Shown here in pieces: positions 51,195 to 61,894 of a DNA stretch of 64,000 nt. Position 1 is the stretch's first letter. Each line of letters starts with the position of its first letter. The stretch is taken from positions 32,001-96,000 of the forward strand of contig JBGARZ010000009.1 in the NCBI GenBank assembly GCA_044229975.1, in the 5' to 3' direction. The DNA is from Polyangiales bacterium. GTDB lineage: Bacteria; Myxococcota_A; Polyangia; Polyangiales; Ga0077539. Made by a program: the position numbers and the translations under genes. The notes under the pieces were generated by a model. That model did not search any database. It saw nothing but the letters and a program-made list of their open reading frames with translations, and had not been told where the DNA came from.

Positions 51195-52660
51195 GGGGTC
51201 ACCTCCGTTCGCGGCGCCGGGCCGTCGTCGCGCAGCACCCAGGTGTCCTTGCTGCCGCCGCCCTGCGAGGAGTTCACCACCAGCGAGCCCGGTCGCAAGG
51301 CCACCCGCGTGAGCCCACCCGGCAGCACGTACACGCTCTCGCCATAGAGGATGTACGGCCGCAGGTCGACGTGGCGCCCTTGCAGCGTCTCGTCCTCCAT
51401 CAAGGTCGGAACCCGCGACAGCCCCAGCGTCGGCTGCGCCACGTAGTTGCGCGGATCAGCCTGGATGCGCGCCTTGAACTCCGACCGCTCCGCCGCCGTC
51501 GCCGCGGGACCGACGAGCATCCCGTAGCCGCCCGACTCGTTGGCCGCCTTCACCACCAGCGTGTCGAGGTGGTCGAGCACGTAGGCGAGGTCCTTCTCCT
51601 CGCGACACAGGTACGTCGGAACGTTGGGCAGCACCGCGTCCTCGCCGAGGTAGTAGCGGATGAGCTTCGGCACATACGCGTAGATGACCTTGTCGTCGGC
51701 GATGCCCGTGCCCGGCGCGTTGGCGATGGCGACGCGGCCGCTCGTGTACGCGCGCATCAGCCCCGGAACGCCCAGCATCGAGTCGGCGCGAAACACCTCC
51801 GGGTCGAGGAAGGTGTCGTCGATGCGGCGATAGATCACGTCGACGCGCTGGAAGCCCCGCGTGGTCCGCATCTTCACCTCGCCGCGGTCGACCAGCAGGT
51901 CTCGTCCCTCGACGAGCTCGATGCCCATCTGCTGCGCGAGAAACGAGTGCTCGAAGTACGCCGAGTTGTGCACGCCCGGCGTGAGCAGCACCACCGTCGG
52001 ATCGTCCACACCCACTGGGGCCATCGCGCGCAGCGCTTCGAGCAGGCGGCTCGGGTACTCGTCCACCGGGCGCACCCGCGATGCGCCGAACATCTGCGGG
52101 AAGGTGCGCTTCATCACCGCGCGGTTTTGCAGCACGTACGACACGCCCGACGGGCACCGCAGGTTGTCCTCCAACACATAGAACGCCCCGTCGCGATCGC
52201 GCACGAGGTCGGTCCCGGTGACGTGGCACCACACACGGCGCGGCGGCTTGAGCCCGACGCACGCGCGCAGGTACCCCTTGCTGCTCTCGATGAGGTCGCG
52301 CGGGACCACTCCATCACGCAGCGCGCGCTGGTCGTGGTGCATGTCGTCGATGAAGAGGTTGAGCGCCGTGATGCGCTGGATGAGCCCGCGCTCGATGCCC
52401 GCCCACTCGCTCGCCGACACGATGCGGGGGATCACATCGAAGGGGAAGATCTTCTCCTTGCCGGCCGCATCCCCGTAGACGTTGAAGGTGATGCCCATGT
52501 TGAGCAGCGCGCGCTCGGCGGCCTTCTGTCGCCACGTCACCTCCCCCGGCCCCAGTCCCGCGAGGCGCTCGGTCAGCAGCGCGTACCAGGGACGGGGCCT
52601 CCCCTCGGCGTCGAACATCTCGTCGTGAAAGCCGCCCGAGTCGTAACCGGTCACACGCAT
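51188..52660 (-). CDS. Circularly permuted type 2 ATP-grasp protein
   Basis: [80 protein letters not shown]. Confidence 0.95.
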   Translation of the reverse strand: MRVTGYDSGGFHDEMFDAEGRPRPWYALLTERLAGLGPGEVTWRQKAAERALLNMGITFNVYGDAAGKEKIFPFDVIPRIVSASEWAGIERGLIQRITALNLFIDDMHHDQRALRDGVVPRDLIESSKGYLRACVGLKPPRRVWCHVTGTDLVRDRDGAFYVLEDNLRCPSGVSYVLQNRAVMKRTFPQMFGASRVRPVDEYPSRLLEALRAMAPVGVDDPTVVLLTPGVHNSAYFEHSFLAQQMGIELVEGRDLLVDRGEVKMRTTRGFQRVDVIYRRIDDTFLDPEVFRADSMLGVPGLMRAYTSGRVAIANAPGTGIADDKVIYAYVPKLIRYYLGEDAVLPNVPTYLCREEKDLAYVLDHLDTLVVKAANESGGYGMLVGPAATAAERSEFKARIQADPRNYVAQPTLGLSRVPTLMEDETLQGRHVDLRPYILYGESVYVLPGGLTRVALRPGSLVVNSSQGGGSKDTWVLRDDGPAPRTEVTPC

Positions 52661-52747
52661 GGAGGATGCGATCGACGCTAACAGAGGGGGTGTGGCCCGT
52701 TTCGTTAGCGCTGTGTCAACACCGGGGGACGCAAGCCGACGCGGGCG

Positions 52748-53431
52748 CTACTTCGCCTTCAGGAACGTGTGCAGCCCGCACTCGGTCTTCCCGGTGCCGG
52801 CCCATCGTCCCTCGCGCTCATCCTCGCCCGGCATCGGCGGACGCGTGCACGGCTCGCACCCCACCGAGACGTAGCCCTGCTCGAACAGGGGGTGCTCCGG
52901 GACCTTGTTCACTTCGAGGTAGCGGTACACCTCGCGGGCGTTCCAGTCGGCGATGGGGTGCACCTTCACCGGGCCGTCGGTCGCCAGCACGATGGGCGTC
53001 TCGGCGCGGGTCTTCGACTGGTCGCGACGGAGCCCCGACACCCACGCGCGCTTGCCCGGCAGCGCCGCCTCCAGGGGCTCGACCTTGTTGATGTGGCAAC
53101 AACGGTCGGGGTCATCCCGGTAGAGCCTCAAGCCATACTTTTCGAGGAAGCGCCCCTTCTCCAGGGCAGGCTTGAGCACTTCGAGCGTCAGCCCGAGCTT
53201 CTTCACCAGCGTATCCCGATACGCCAGCGTCTCTTCAAACAAGAACCCCGTGTCGATGAAGTGCACCGGCAGCCCATCGGCCACCTCCGACCAGAGGTGC
53301 AACAGCACACCGCTCCCCGGCCCGAAGGACGACGTGAAGAGCAGCGAGTCGCCGTAAGTCTCCACCGCCCACGCCAGCCGCTCGCGCGCGTTGCGGGCTT
53401 CGAGGTCGACGTTGAGTGAGGCGAGGTCCAT
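52748..53431 (-). CDS. cysH: Phosphoadenylyl-sulfate (PAPS/APS) reductase
   Basis: SSFG, IDTG, CC..NKVEPL, GLRRDQS, SVGCEPCT, REGRW, ECGLH. Confidence 0.93.
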   Translation of the reverse strand: MDLASLNVDLEARNARERLAWAVETYGDSLLFTSSFGPGSGVLLHLWSEVADGLPVHFIDTGFLFEETLAYRDTLVKKLGLTLEVLKPALEKGRFLEKYGLRLYRDDPDRCCHINKVEPLEAALPGKRAWVSGLRRDQSKTRAETPIVLATDGPVKVHPIADWNAREVYRYLEVNKVPEHPLFEQGYVSVGCEPCTRPPMPGEDEREGRWAGTGKTECGLHTFLKAK

Positions 53432-53454
53432 GGCGGTCGTCTCCAACCCCTCCG

Positions 53455-55197
53455 CTACGCGGCGCATTCCCCTTCGCCGATGGCGATCTTGAAGCCCGAC
53501 TCCTCGCCGATGTCGAGGAAGTCCTCGTCGGGCGTCGATGCTTCGAGCGCCGCCAGATCATCGAGCACCTCGTGCACCCGCTTCGCGCTCACCCGCGTGT
53601 AGAACACCGTCGGCGTCTCGCCCTCCGCCTTCTCCGCGGCGTACAGGTCCACCAGCCGCGCCACCGCCTCGGCGACGCGACGCGCCGGGATCTTCACGAT
53701 CTGCCGCCCGAAGCGCGCGCCGTTTTCGTCGAAGCCGCCGCCCAGGTGGAGCTGGTACACCGGCGCCGTGCGCTCGCCGACCTTGCGCGCCGCGCCGTGC
53801 CACCCGATGTCCGCGATGTGGTGCTGCCCGCACGAGTTGGGGCACCCGCTGATCTTGATGACCGTGTCGGCCGCGGCCTTCACCGACGTCGCCAGCATCA
53901 CGTCGCTCTCCAGCCGCTCGGTGATGGCCGCGCCCACCTGCCGCGACGCCGTCACCGCGAGGTTGCAGCTCTCGGCGCCGGGGCACGTCGTCAGGTCGGC
54001 GATGGTGCGCGCGCCCGGCGTCGCGAGACCGATCGCATCGAGCCGCGCGTGCAGCGCCGGGAGCCGGTGCGTCGGGATGAAGCGCAGCACGAGGTTTTGA
54101 TCGACGGTGGTGCGCAGCGACCCATCGCCGAACTCGGTGATGAGGGTGGCGAGCGCCCTGAACTGCGCCGTGGTCACCGCCCCCAGCGCGAGTCGGAGAA
54201 TCACCGCGTGGTAGCCGGCCTGGTCTTGCGCGATGGTGTTGCCGCCGCGCCAGAGCAGGTAGCCGGGGCCGCGCGTGGCAGGCGCGTCGTCGGTCGTCGC
54301 GGGCGGCGGAGGCGTCGGAGGCGCCGTGGTCACCGAGAGGTCGAGGGGCGTCCCACCGCGGGCGATCACCGCGGCGTACTCCTCGCGCAGCACCGCCAGG
54401 AACTTCTCCTGCCCCATCTTGCGCAGCACGTACTTGAGCCGCGCGCGGTGCTTGTTGTCGCGGTTGCCGTTGCGGTCGAAGACGCGGTTGACGGCCTCGC
54501 AGGCGTCGAGCAGGTGCTCTTCGGGGAGAAACTCGTCGAACACGATGGCGGCCTGCGGCGAGGTCGAGAGCCCGCCCGCCACGCGCATGAGGAAGCCGCG
54601 CTTGCCGTCGCGCACGCGGGCGATGAGCCCGATGTCGTGGATGCCCGCCATGGCCGTGTCGCCGGGCTCGTAGCCGAGCGCCACCTTGAACTTCCGCGGC
54701 AGCGAGTTGGCCCACGGGCTGCGCAGGAAGAAGCGCGTGATGGCCTCGCCGTACGGCGTCACGTCGAAGGTGCCGTGACAACGAACGCCCGCCAGCGGGT
54801 CGGCCGTCACCGTGCGCACCGTGTTGCCGCAAGCCTCGCGCGTGGTGAGCCCGGCCTCGTCGAGCCGCCGCATCGCCGTCTCCACGTCGCGCATCTGCAC
54901 GAAGTGAAACTGCACGTTCTGCCGCGTGGTGACGCTGCCGTGACCGTGACCGAAGCGCTCGGCGACGTCCGCGAGCGCCTCCAGCGCCGGCGGGGCGAGC
55001 ACGCCCTGCGGGATCTTCACCCGCAGCATCTGCACGTCCATCTGCCGCTGGCCGTACACGCCGCGGGTGAGGCGATAGCGGCGGAAGTCCTCGGGGCTGA
55101 TCTCCCCCTTCTCGAAGCGCTCGAGCGTCGCGACGAACTCCGTGATGTCGGCCGGGTCGCTGAAGCGAGGAAGGTACGTGGAGGGCAGCAAGGTCAT
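53455..55197 (-). CDS. Nitrite/sulfite reductase hemoprotein (siroheme/4Fe-4S), probably sulfite reductase
   Basis: TTRQNVQFH, REACGNTVR, LPRKFK, CPGAESCNLA, SGCPNSCGQH; flanked by cysC and cysH. Confidence 0.92.
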   Translation of the reverse strand: MTLLPSTYLPRFSDPADITEFVATLERFEKGEISPEDFRRYRLTRGVYGQRQMDVQMLRVKIPQGVLAPPALEALADVAERFGHGHGSVTTRQNVQFHFVQMRDVETAMRRLDEAGLTTREACGNTVRTVTADPLAGVRCHGTFDVTPYGEAITRFFLRSPWANSLPRKFKVALGYEPGDTAMAGIHDIGLIARVRDGKRGFLMRVAGGLSTSPQAAIVFDEFLPEEHLLDACEAVNRVFDRNGNRDNKHRARLKYVLRKMGQEKFLAVLREEYAAVIARGGTPLDLSVTTAPPTPPPPATTDDAPATRGPGYLLWRGGNTIAQDQAGYHAVILRLALGAVTTAQFRALATLITEFGDGSLRTTVDQNLVLRFIPTHRLPALHARLDAIGLATPGARTIADLTTCPGAESCNLAVTASRQVGAAITERLESDVMLATSVKAAADTVIKISGCPNSCGQHHIADIGWHGAARKVGERTAPVYQLHLGGGFDENGARFGRQIVKIPARRVAEAVARLVDLYAAEKAEGETPTVFYTRVSAKRVHEVLDDLAALEASTPDEDFLDIGEESGFKIAIGEGECAA

Positions 55198-55217
55198 CGG
55201 GTGGGACTCCAAAGGGT

Positions 55218-55784
55218 TCAGGCGCCGTCGGCGACGGCGGGCGGTAGGTAGCCTCGCGCGCGAAGCATCGCAAGCACGCGCTCGACGCCCTCCTCGACGG
55301 TCATCGCGCGGGTGTCGAGCTCCAGCGCCGGGTCCGTCGGTGGTTCATACGGGTCGTTCACTCCAGTGAAGTGGGGGATCTCGCCGGCCAGGGCCTTCGC
55401 GTAGAGCCCCTTCACGTCGCGCGCCGCGCACTCTTCCAGGGGTGTGCTCACGTACACCTCGGCGAAGTCCTTGATGGTCTCCCGGCACCACTGCCGCGCG
55501 TCGCGGTAGGGCGAGATGGCGGCCGTGATGACGAAGACCCCGTTGCGCGTGAGGAGCTGCGCCACCCACCCGATGCGCCGCACGTTGGTGTCGCGGTCTT
55601 CGCGCGAGAACCCGAGGCCCTTCGAGAGATGCGTGCGCACCGCGTCGCCGTCGAGCAGCTCCACCCGCTTGCCCAGCGCGACCAGCCTCGGGGCCAGCGC
55701 CTCGGCCAATGTGCTCTTGCCCGCCCCCGACAGACCCGTGAACCACACCGTCACGCCGCGCTCCCGCGGGGCTTCGACCATCAT
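55218..55784 (-). CDS. cysC: Adenylyl-sulfate kinase
   Basis: [51 protein letters not shown]. Confidence 0.96.
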   Translation of the reverse strand: MMVEAPRERGVTVWFTGLSGAGKSTLAEALAPRLVALGKRVELLDGDAVRTHLSKGLGFSREDRDTNVRRIGWVAQLLTRNGVFVITAAISPYRDARQWCRETIKDFAEVYVSTPLEECAARDVKGLYAKALAGEIPHFTGVNDPYEPPTDPALELDTRAMTVEEGVERVLAMLRARGYLPPAVADGA

Positions 55785-55885
55785 CGTCCGCCCCGCAGCA
55801 GACCGTGGCCACGGCCGTCGCGGGCGGTGTACCTTCGGCGCTGGATCATTCCTTCAACGTTCTCCATACTGGACGGCGATTCACT

Positions 55886-56554
55886 ATGTCGAAGAGTCCT
55901 GCAAAGTCAATCGCTCGGCCGCGTGGGTCCCGCGGCGCGTCTGCCGCTCCCGATGGTGACGTCGCGACGGAGGTGGAGGGCGACGACATCGGCGCCGCCG
56001 AGCTCACGCGCCGCGTGGCCGACAACCTGCGCGTGCTCCGCAAGCAGCGCGACCTCTCGCTCGACGAGCTCGCGTCGCGGTCGGGCGTGTCGCGCGCCAC
56101 GCTCTCGCAGGTGGAGACCTGCAAGACCAACCCGACCATCGCCATCTTGTGGAAGATCGCGGCGGGCCTCGGGGTGCCCTTCGCGTCGCTGCTGGGTGAA
56201 GAGCGGGTGGAGAAGGTTCGGGTGCTGCGGCGCGGTGACGCCCAGGTGCTGCGCTCGGCCGACGGTCGGCTGGAGTCGCGGCCGCTCACGCCGGCGGGCG
56301 CGTCGCCGTCGGTGGAGTGTTACGAGCTGCGCCTCGCGGCCCGCGGCATCTCGCGGAGCGACGCCCACGCCAAGGGCACCAGCGAGAGCCTGACGGTGCT
56401 CACCGGGGTGCTCAAACTCCAGGTGGGCGAAGAGTCGGTGGAGCTGTCGGCGGGCGACTCGGTGTTCTTCGAGGCCGACGTGCCGCACGCGTACGAGAAC
56501 CCAGGGCGGGTCGAGGCGCGCTACCACAACGCGATCATCTACCCGCGGGGGTAG
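55886..56554 (+). CDS. XRE-family HTH plus cupin regulator (SutR/PuuR-like)
   Basis: LSLDELASRSGVSRATLSQVE..KTNPTIAILWKIA; H..GTSE, GDSVFFEADVPHAYEN; divergent from cysC. Confidence 0.9.
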   Translation: MSKSPAKSIARPRGSRGASAAPDGDVATEVEGDDIGAAELTRRVADNLRVLRKQRDLSLDELASRSGVSRATLSQVETCKTNPTIAILWKIAAGLGVPFASLLGEERVEKVRVLRRGDAQVLRSADGRLESRPLTPAGASPSVECYELRLAARGISRSDAHAKGTSESLTVLTGVLKLQVGEESVELSAGDSVFFEADVPHAYENPGRVEARYHNAIIYPRG

Positions 56555-56650
56555 GCGGTGGGCCGCTCATGCTGCAGGTTTCAACCTGCGGCCTGAGCGC
56601 TCCTACGGTTGTCCGTCCCCTGTCACCATGATAGACGCCCTTCCACTTCG

Positions 56651-57490
56651 ATGGAACCGCTGATCGCCCTTCGGGGGGTTTCCAAGGCCTGGGGGAGCGA
56701 GCGCGCGGCGGCCCTGTCGGGCGTCGACCTGGAGATCGGGGCGGGGCAGTTCGTGTGCCTGTGCGGGCCGTCGGGCTGCGGCAAGACGACGGTGCTCAAC
56801 CTCATCGCGGGGCTCGAACAACCCACCGCGGGCGAGGTCACGGTGCGCGGCGCGCGGGTCGACGGACCGGGCCCCGAGCGCACGGTGATGTTCCAGGAGA
56901 GCGCGCTGTTTCCGTGGCTGAGCGTGCAGCGCAACGTGGAGTTTCCGCTGGAGATGGCGGGCGTCCCGAAGGCCGAGCGGGCGCCGCGGGTCGAGCGCTA
57001 CCTGCGGATGGTTCACCTGTGGCGCTCGCGGGACAGCCACCCCCACGAGCTGTCGGGCGGCATGCGGCAGCGGGCGGCGATGGCGCGGGCGCTCGTCGGT
57101 GAGCCGTCCATTCTGTTGATGGACGAGCCCTTCGCGGCGCTCGACGCGCAGACCCGCGACGTGCTGCACGCCGAGCTCGAACGCATCTGGCTGGAGACCA
57201 AGAAGACGGTGGTGTTCGTCACGCACAACGTCCGCGAGGCGGCCCGCCTCGGCGACCGCGTGGTGATGATGGGAACGCGCCCCGGCAGGGTGACGCGCGA
57301 CCTCGCGGTGAAGCTCGCCCGACCGCGCGAGGCCAACGACCGGGACGTCACGACGCTCGCCGCGGTGATCGAGCGCGAGCTGAAGATCGAGATCGAGAAG
57401 GTCATCCGTGAAGAACTCGACGACGCGTGGACGCCTTCGGGCGGCCGTCTTTCTGACGCTCCTGGTCGCGACGTGGGCGGTGGCATCTAG
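56651..57490 (+). CDS. ABC transporter ATP-binding protein (SsuB/TauB type)
   Basis: GPSGCGKTT, LFPWL, LSGGMRQR, MDEPFAALDAQTR, VTH. Confidence 0.93.
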   Translation: MEPLIALRGVSKAWGSERAAALSGVDLEIGAGQFVCLCGPSGCGKTTVLNLIAGLEQPTAGEVTVRGARVDGPGPERTVMFQESALFPWLSVQRNVEFPLEMAGVPKAERAPRVERYLRMVHLWRSRDSHPHELSGGMRQRAAMARALVGEPSILLMDEPFAALDAQTRDVLHAELERIWLETKKTVVFVTHNVREAARLGDRVVMMGTRPGRVTRDLAVKLARPREANDRDVTTLAAVIERELKIEIEKVIREELDDAWTPSGGRLSDAPGRDVGGGI

Positions 57491-58175
57491 GTTCGGCGAC
57501 CGCTTCCTCTTCCCTGGTCCCGACGACGTGGCGCTCGCGCTGCGCGACAACGTGCGCTCGGGACTGCTACCGCGGGCCATCGCCAAGAGCCTCGCGCGTC
57601 TATGCCTCGGGTACTCGGTGTCCCTCGTCGCGGGCGTCGGGCTCGGCATCGCGCTCGCGCGGGTGCGCTGGGTGAAGGACACGCTCGGCCCGGTGGTGCT
57701 GGGGCTGCAGGCGGTTCCGTCGGTGTGCTGGCTGCCGCTGGCGCTGTTGTGGTTCGGCCTCGGCGAGATGGCCATCCAGGTGGTGGTGGTGCTCGGCTCG
57801 CTCCTGTCCATCACGCTCGCGACGGAGAGCGCGGTCAACACCATCCCTCCATTGCTGGTGCGGGCCGCGCGCACCATGGGCGCGACGGGCGGACGGCTGT
57901 GGCTGCGGGTGATCCTCCCCGCGGCGCTGCCGGGCATCGTGAGCGGCGCGCGCCTCGGGTGGACCTTCGCGTGGCGCTCGCTCCTCGCGGGCGAGCTGCT
58001 GTTCATCTCCGGGGGCCTCGGGCAGGTGCTGGAGCTCGGCCGCGAGCTGCACGACATGGCGCTGGTGCTCGGCGTGATGGTGGTGATCGTGGTGCTCGGG
58101 CTCGTGAGCGACCGGCTGCTCTTCGGACAATTGGAAGCGCGGGTTCGTCGCTCGTGGGGGCTCGACCGTGCCTGA
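57408..58175 (+). CDS. ABC transporter permease (SsuC/TauC type)
   Basis: LQAVPSVCWLPLALLWFG, RAARTMGA, VILPAALP, AWRSLLAGEL; overlaps the ATPase 3' end. Confidence 0.9.
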   Translation: MKNSTTRGRLRAAVFLTLLVATWAVASRFGDRFLFPGPDDVALALRDNVRSGLLPRAIAKSLARLCLGYSVSLVAGVGLGIALARVRWVKDTLGPVVLGLQAVPSVCWLPLALLWFGLGEMAIQVVVVLGSLLSITLATESAVNTIPPLLVRAARTMGATGGRLWLRVILPAALPGIVSGARLGWTFAWRSLLAGELLFISGGLGQVLELGRELHDMALVLGVMVVIVVLGLVSDRLLFGQLEARVRRSWGLDRA

Positions 58176-59148
58176 GTCGCTCTCGCGGCGCGCGCTGCTC
58201 GCCGGCGTCGCGGGTGCGGCGCTCGCGGGGTGTCGCCGCCCATCAGACCCGCGCGTGCTGCGCGTCGGGTGCATGGGAACGCTCGCCCACTCGCCCTCGC
58301 TCGTGGGCATGCACAGCGGACGCTTCGAGCGAAGCCTCGCCGAGCGTGGCGTGCGGGTCGAGCGCGCGGTGTTCGGCGCGGGCCCGGAGGTGATGGCGTC
58401 GCTGCTGGCGGGGGCCGTCGACGTGGCGTGCCTGGGGCCCGTTCCGGCGGTGACGGCGTTTGTACGGACGCGCGGGCGCTCGGTGAGCGTCGTGTCGGGT
58501 GCGGCGTCGGGCGGCGCGGTGTTCGTGGTGCGCCGCGGGGCCAACGTGCGCTGCGCGTCGGACCTCCACGGCAAGGTGGTGGCGAGCCCGCAGCTCGGAA
58601 ACACCAACGACCTGTCGCTGCGAAAGTGGCTGCGCTCGCAGGGCATGGACGCCACGGAGTACGGCGGCACCGTCAGCGTCATCCCGATGAAGGGCAGCTC
58701 GATGCTGACGCAGATGCGCCGCGGCGAGCTCGACGGGGCGTGGGTGGCGGAGCCGTGGGGCGCGCGCCTGGTGGCCGACGCGGGAGCCCAGGTGCTCATC
58801 GACGAGCGCGACCTGTGGCCGGGCGGGCGCTTCTCGACGGCGGTGCTGGTGATGCACCGGGCGTACTACCAGCTCGCGCGGGACAACGTCCGGGCGTGGG
58901 TCGCGGCGCACGGCGCGGAGGTGGCGCGCCTGCAGGCGGACCCGGCGCGCGGGATGCGCGAGGCCAACGCGGCGCTGCGGGCGATCACGGGGCGGGGCGT
59001 GCCGCCGCGGGTGCTGGCCGAGGCGTGGGGGCGGATGGAGTTCACGACCGACCCGTTGGAGGGCACCATCGCCGCGATGGGACGAACGGGAATGGCCTTG
59101 GGGATGGTTCCGCGGGGAGAGCTCACGGGGCTGGTCGGGGTGGCGTAG
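58168..59148 (+). CDS. ABC transporter substrate-binding lipoprotein (SsuA-like, Tat signal)
   Basis: SRRALL..LAGC; FGAGPEVM, LGPVPA, ASPQLGNTND, EPWG. Confidence 0.88.
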   Translation: MPESLSRRALLAGVAGAALAGCRRPSDPRVLRVGCMGTLAHSPSLVGMHSGRFERSLAERGVRVERAVFGAGPEVMASLLAGAVDVACLGPVPAVTAFVRTRGRSVSVVSGAASGGAVFVVRRGANVRCASDLHGKVVASPQLGNTNDLSLRKWLRSQGMDATEYGGTVSVIPMKGSSMLTQMRRGELDGAWVAEPWGARLVADAGAQVLIDERDLWPGGRFSTAVLVMHRAYYQLARDNVRAWVAAHGAEVARLQADPARGMREANAALRAITGRGVPPRVLAEAWGRMEFTTDPLEGTIAAMGRTGMALGMVPRGELTGLVGVA

Positions 59149-59152
59149 GAAG

Positions 59153-60136
59153 ATGCGCCCCGCGCTCGCCCTGCTCGTGCTCATGGGCTGTGCGACGCGG
59201 GTGCCCCCGACACGCCCTCGCCCTCCCCCGCCGACGCCCGACTGGGCCCGCGTGGTGCCCGCCGAGACGCTGCGCGACCTGCGACGCTCGGAGTGGATCC
59301 CCGTGGTGCAGGGCCCCTTCCAGCGGGTCTATCGCCCGGCCGGGACCCGCTACCTCAATGACCACACCCTGGTGCGCGGCGACGACGGGCGCTGGCACCT
59401 CTACGGCATCACCCACGAGTCCGAGGGCGATGCCGCGCTCGAACGCAGCTTCCTCCACGCCTCGTCGGGCTCGCTCTTCGGGCCGTGGCGCGACGAGGTC
59501 GATGCGCTGCGCTCGGAGGCGCCCGAAGAGGCACTGTGGGCTCCCTTCGTGCTGCCGTTGTCCATTGGACACTGGGCGATGTTCTATTATGGCAACACGC
59601 CCGACCATCGGGTGCTGCGGGCCGACAGCGACGACCTCCACGCGTGGCGGCGAACCACGGCGAGCGCGCCCGGCGGCCGCGACCCCTTCGTGCTGCGCGT
59701 GGGGAGCGCGTGGCACCTCTACTCGGTGGGCGCCGACGAGCAGCGACAGGTGGGGCAGATCATCGTGTCGACGAGCGACGACCTGCGCACCTGGACGACC
59801 CCGGTGGTGGCCCTCGAAGACCCGGTGGCGACCTTCGGATGGGGCAACCTGGAGAGCCCCGTGGTGGTCGCGCGGGGCGGTGAGTTCTACCTGTTTGTCA
59901 CGCGCACTAGCGAGTCGAGGCACGACTATGCGCGGACGATGGTGTTCTGCTCGCGTGATCCGCGGCGCTTCGCGTGGTCACCCGTGACCGAGCTGCTCGC
60001 GCACGCGGCGGAGGTGATCGAAGACCGCGGCGAGTGGTTCGTGACGTCCGCGGGGTGGACGTATCAGGTGGGCGAGCGCTGGCGGGGATTGTCCGTCGCG
60101 CCGCTCGGGTGGGTGCCGCGGGCGGCGGTGCGTTAG
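59153..60136 (+). CDS. Five-bladed propeller glycoside hydrolase (GH32/GH43-like) lipoprotein
   Basis: LMGC lipobox; NDHTLV..WHLY, WAP, RDPFV and ESP catalytic-type motifs. Confidence 0.8.
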   Translation: MRPALALLVLMGCATRVPPTRPRPPPPTPDWARVVPAETLRDLRRSEWIPVVQGPFQRVYRPAGTRYLNDHTLVRGDDGRWHLYGITHESEGDAALERSFLHASSGSLFGPWRDEVDALRSEAPEEALWAPFVLPLSIGHWAMFYYGNTPDHRVLRADSDDLHAWRRTTASAPGGRDPFVLRVGSAWHLYSVGADEQRQVGQIIVSTSDDLRTWTTPVVALEDPVATFGWGNLESPVVVARGGEFYLFVTRTSESRHDYARTMVFCSRDPRRFAWSPVTELLAHAAEVIEDRGEWFVTSAGWTYQVGERWRGLSVAPLGWVPRAAVR

Positions 60137-60948
60137 GACACCGGGGCGACGACGGTGCGCATGGCGACCGGGCGAGCGGGGCCGGGGAAGCCCGCGAGCG
60201 TCGTGGCGATGAGCTTGTTGGTGTCGAAATAGACCTGCCAGTAGTGGTCGTTGTGGCAATAGGGGCGCACGCAGAGCACGGGGCCAAACTCATTGAACTC
60301 GATGATCTCCACGTCGGGCCCGGAGGTGAGCTGGACGTTGGGGATCTTCTTGATGCCTTCCTTCAGGAGGGTGATGGCCTTCTCGAAGTCGGCGCCGCTC
60401 GCGAGCTGGGCCTTGAGGTCGACGCGGCGGTTCTGGTTGGTGTTGAAGTTGAGGATGTCCCCGCCGAAGACCTTGTTGTTGCCGACGAAGGTGCGGACGT
60501 TGTCGGGGGTGTCGATGGCCGTCACGAAGAGGCCGATCTCTCGCACGGTGCCCGTGAGGCCCGCGATGGTGACGAAGTCGCCCACCTTGAAGGGCCGCAA
60601 GATCACCATGAACGCCCCGGCGGCGAAGTTGGCGAGCATGCCGGCCCAGGCGGTTCCGATGGCGAGGCCGGCGCCGGCGAGGAGGGCTGCGAAGGAGGTG
60701 GTCTCGACGCCGAAGCGGCCGAGGATGGCCATCGCGAGGAAGATGTTGAGGGCCACCACCAGGGTGTTGATGACGTAGGTGGTGATGGTGTGGTCGATGT
60801 GCCGGGCGTTGAGGGCGCGCCGCAGCAGCGAGCTCACCGCGGTGATGAGCCACCGGCCGATGACCCAGATGGCGATGGCGCTCAGCGCCTTCAATCCGAG
60901 CGATAGGAAGGCGATCTTTATGGTGTTGAGGAGGTTGGTGACGTCCAC
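60133..60948 (-). CDS. mscS: Small-conductance mechanosensitive channel
   Basis: TTSFAALLAGAGLAIG, ANFAAG, RPFKVGDFV, GTVREIGLF, RRVDL. Confidence 0.93.
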   Translation of the reverse strand: MDVTNLLNTIKIAFLSLGLKALSAIAIWVIGRWLITAVSSLLRRALNARHIDHTITTYVINTLVVALNIFLAMAILGRFGVETTSFAALLAGAGLAIGTAWAGMLANFAAGAFMVILRPFKVGDFVTIAGLTGTVREIGLFVTAIDTPDNVRTFVGNNKVFGGDILNFNTNQNRRVDLKAQLASGADFEKAITLLKEGIKKIPNVQLTSGPDVEIIEFNEFGPVLCVRPYCHNDHYWQVYFDTNKLIATTLAGFPGPARPVAMRTVVAPVS

Positions 60949-61027
60949 GGCGCGTTCCCTTTCAAAAGGTGTGTGACCCCGAAACGTCGCGACGCTACGC
61001 CTCCGTGCGGCTGAGGTGATAGCGGAT

Positions 61028-61891
61028 TCAGGCTCGCGCGATGTCGCCCGCCTCGCGACGGTTCTTCCAGGCTTGCGCGGCGTCGATGCCGAGCGCCTCG
61101 AAGCGCGGGACGATCACCTCGGTCACCGTCTTGTAGAAGAGCGAGCGGGCGTCTTCGCCTTCGCACATCCCGACGGCCTCGCGCTGCGCCCGCAGCTCCG
61201 ACGGGATGGCGGGCGGCGTGAGCGGGAGCAGGTCGACCTCGCGGCGTTCGAGGTAGGCGAAGGCCACGCGGAGGTAGCGCTCCATGCGCGCGACGGCGCC
61301 CGCTTCGAGGCGCGGGAGGTTGTGCGTGAGGTAGAGCCAGCCGAGGCGGGCGTGGGCGACCTCGTCGGGGAGAATGCGGTCGAGCGTGGCGCGCACGAAG
61401 GGCTCGTCGGCGAGCTCGCGCTCCTCGGCGATGAGGGCGACGGCGACGGTCTCCGAGAGGCAGCCGACGAAGGTGACGTTGCGCACGGCGCGCTCCAGCG
61501 CAGAGAGACCCTCGTGTTCGGGCATGCGCACGAGCGTGGGTTCGGCAGTCGCAGAGGCGTCGCCGCCGAAGGCGCGCACCACGTCGCCGCAGAGGGTCGC
61601 GTGGTAGATCTCGTCCGTCGCGGCGCGGAGGGCCACGGTCTGCACGTCGATGGTGGAGCTCGCCTCGATGAGCTGCGGAACCAACGACGCAAACACCGCC
61701 GCCGACCGGTGCTCGTTGACCATGCGGTCGCGCCAGGTGTGCACCGCGGCCTCGCGCACGGTGTCGTCGTAGCGCTCGCGGAGCACGTCACCCGCTGGGA
61801 GCTCGACGGGGCCCTTCTCCAGACCGCGGACGATGCGCGCGTGGTCGGCGCGGAAGGGCGAGGCGGAGACGTCCATGGTGAGCGTTCGCAT
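61028..61891 (-). CDS. Ferritin-like (diiron four-helix) domain protein
   Basis: RMVNEHRS, DEIYH, CLSETVA and DEVAH give the E / DExxH / E / DExxH pattern. Confidence 0.85.
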   Translation of the reverse strand: MRTLTMDVSASPFRADHARIVRGLEKGPVELPAGDVLRERYDDTVREAAVHTWRDRMVNEHRSAAVFASLVPQLIEASSTIDVQTVALRAATDEIYHATLCGDVVRAFGGDASATAEPTLVRMPEHEGLSALERAVRNVTFVGCLSETVAVALIAEERELADEPFVRATLDRILPDEVAHARLGWLYLTHNLPRLEAGAVARMERYLRVAFAYLERREVDLLPLTPPAIPSELRAQREAVGMCEGEDARSLFYKTVTEVIVPRFEALGIDAAQAWKNRREAGDIARA

Positions 61892-61894
61892 GGC

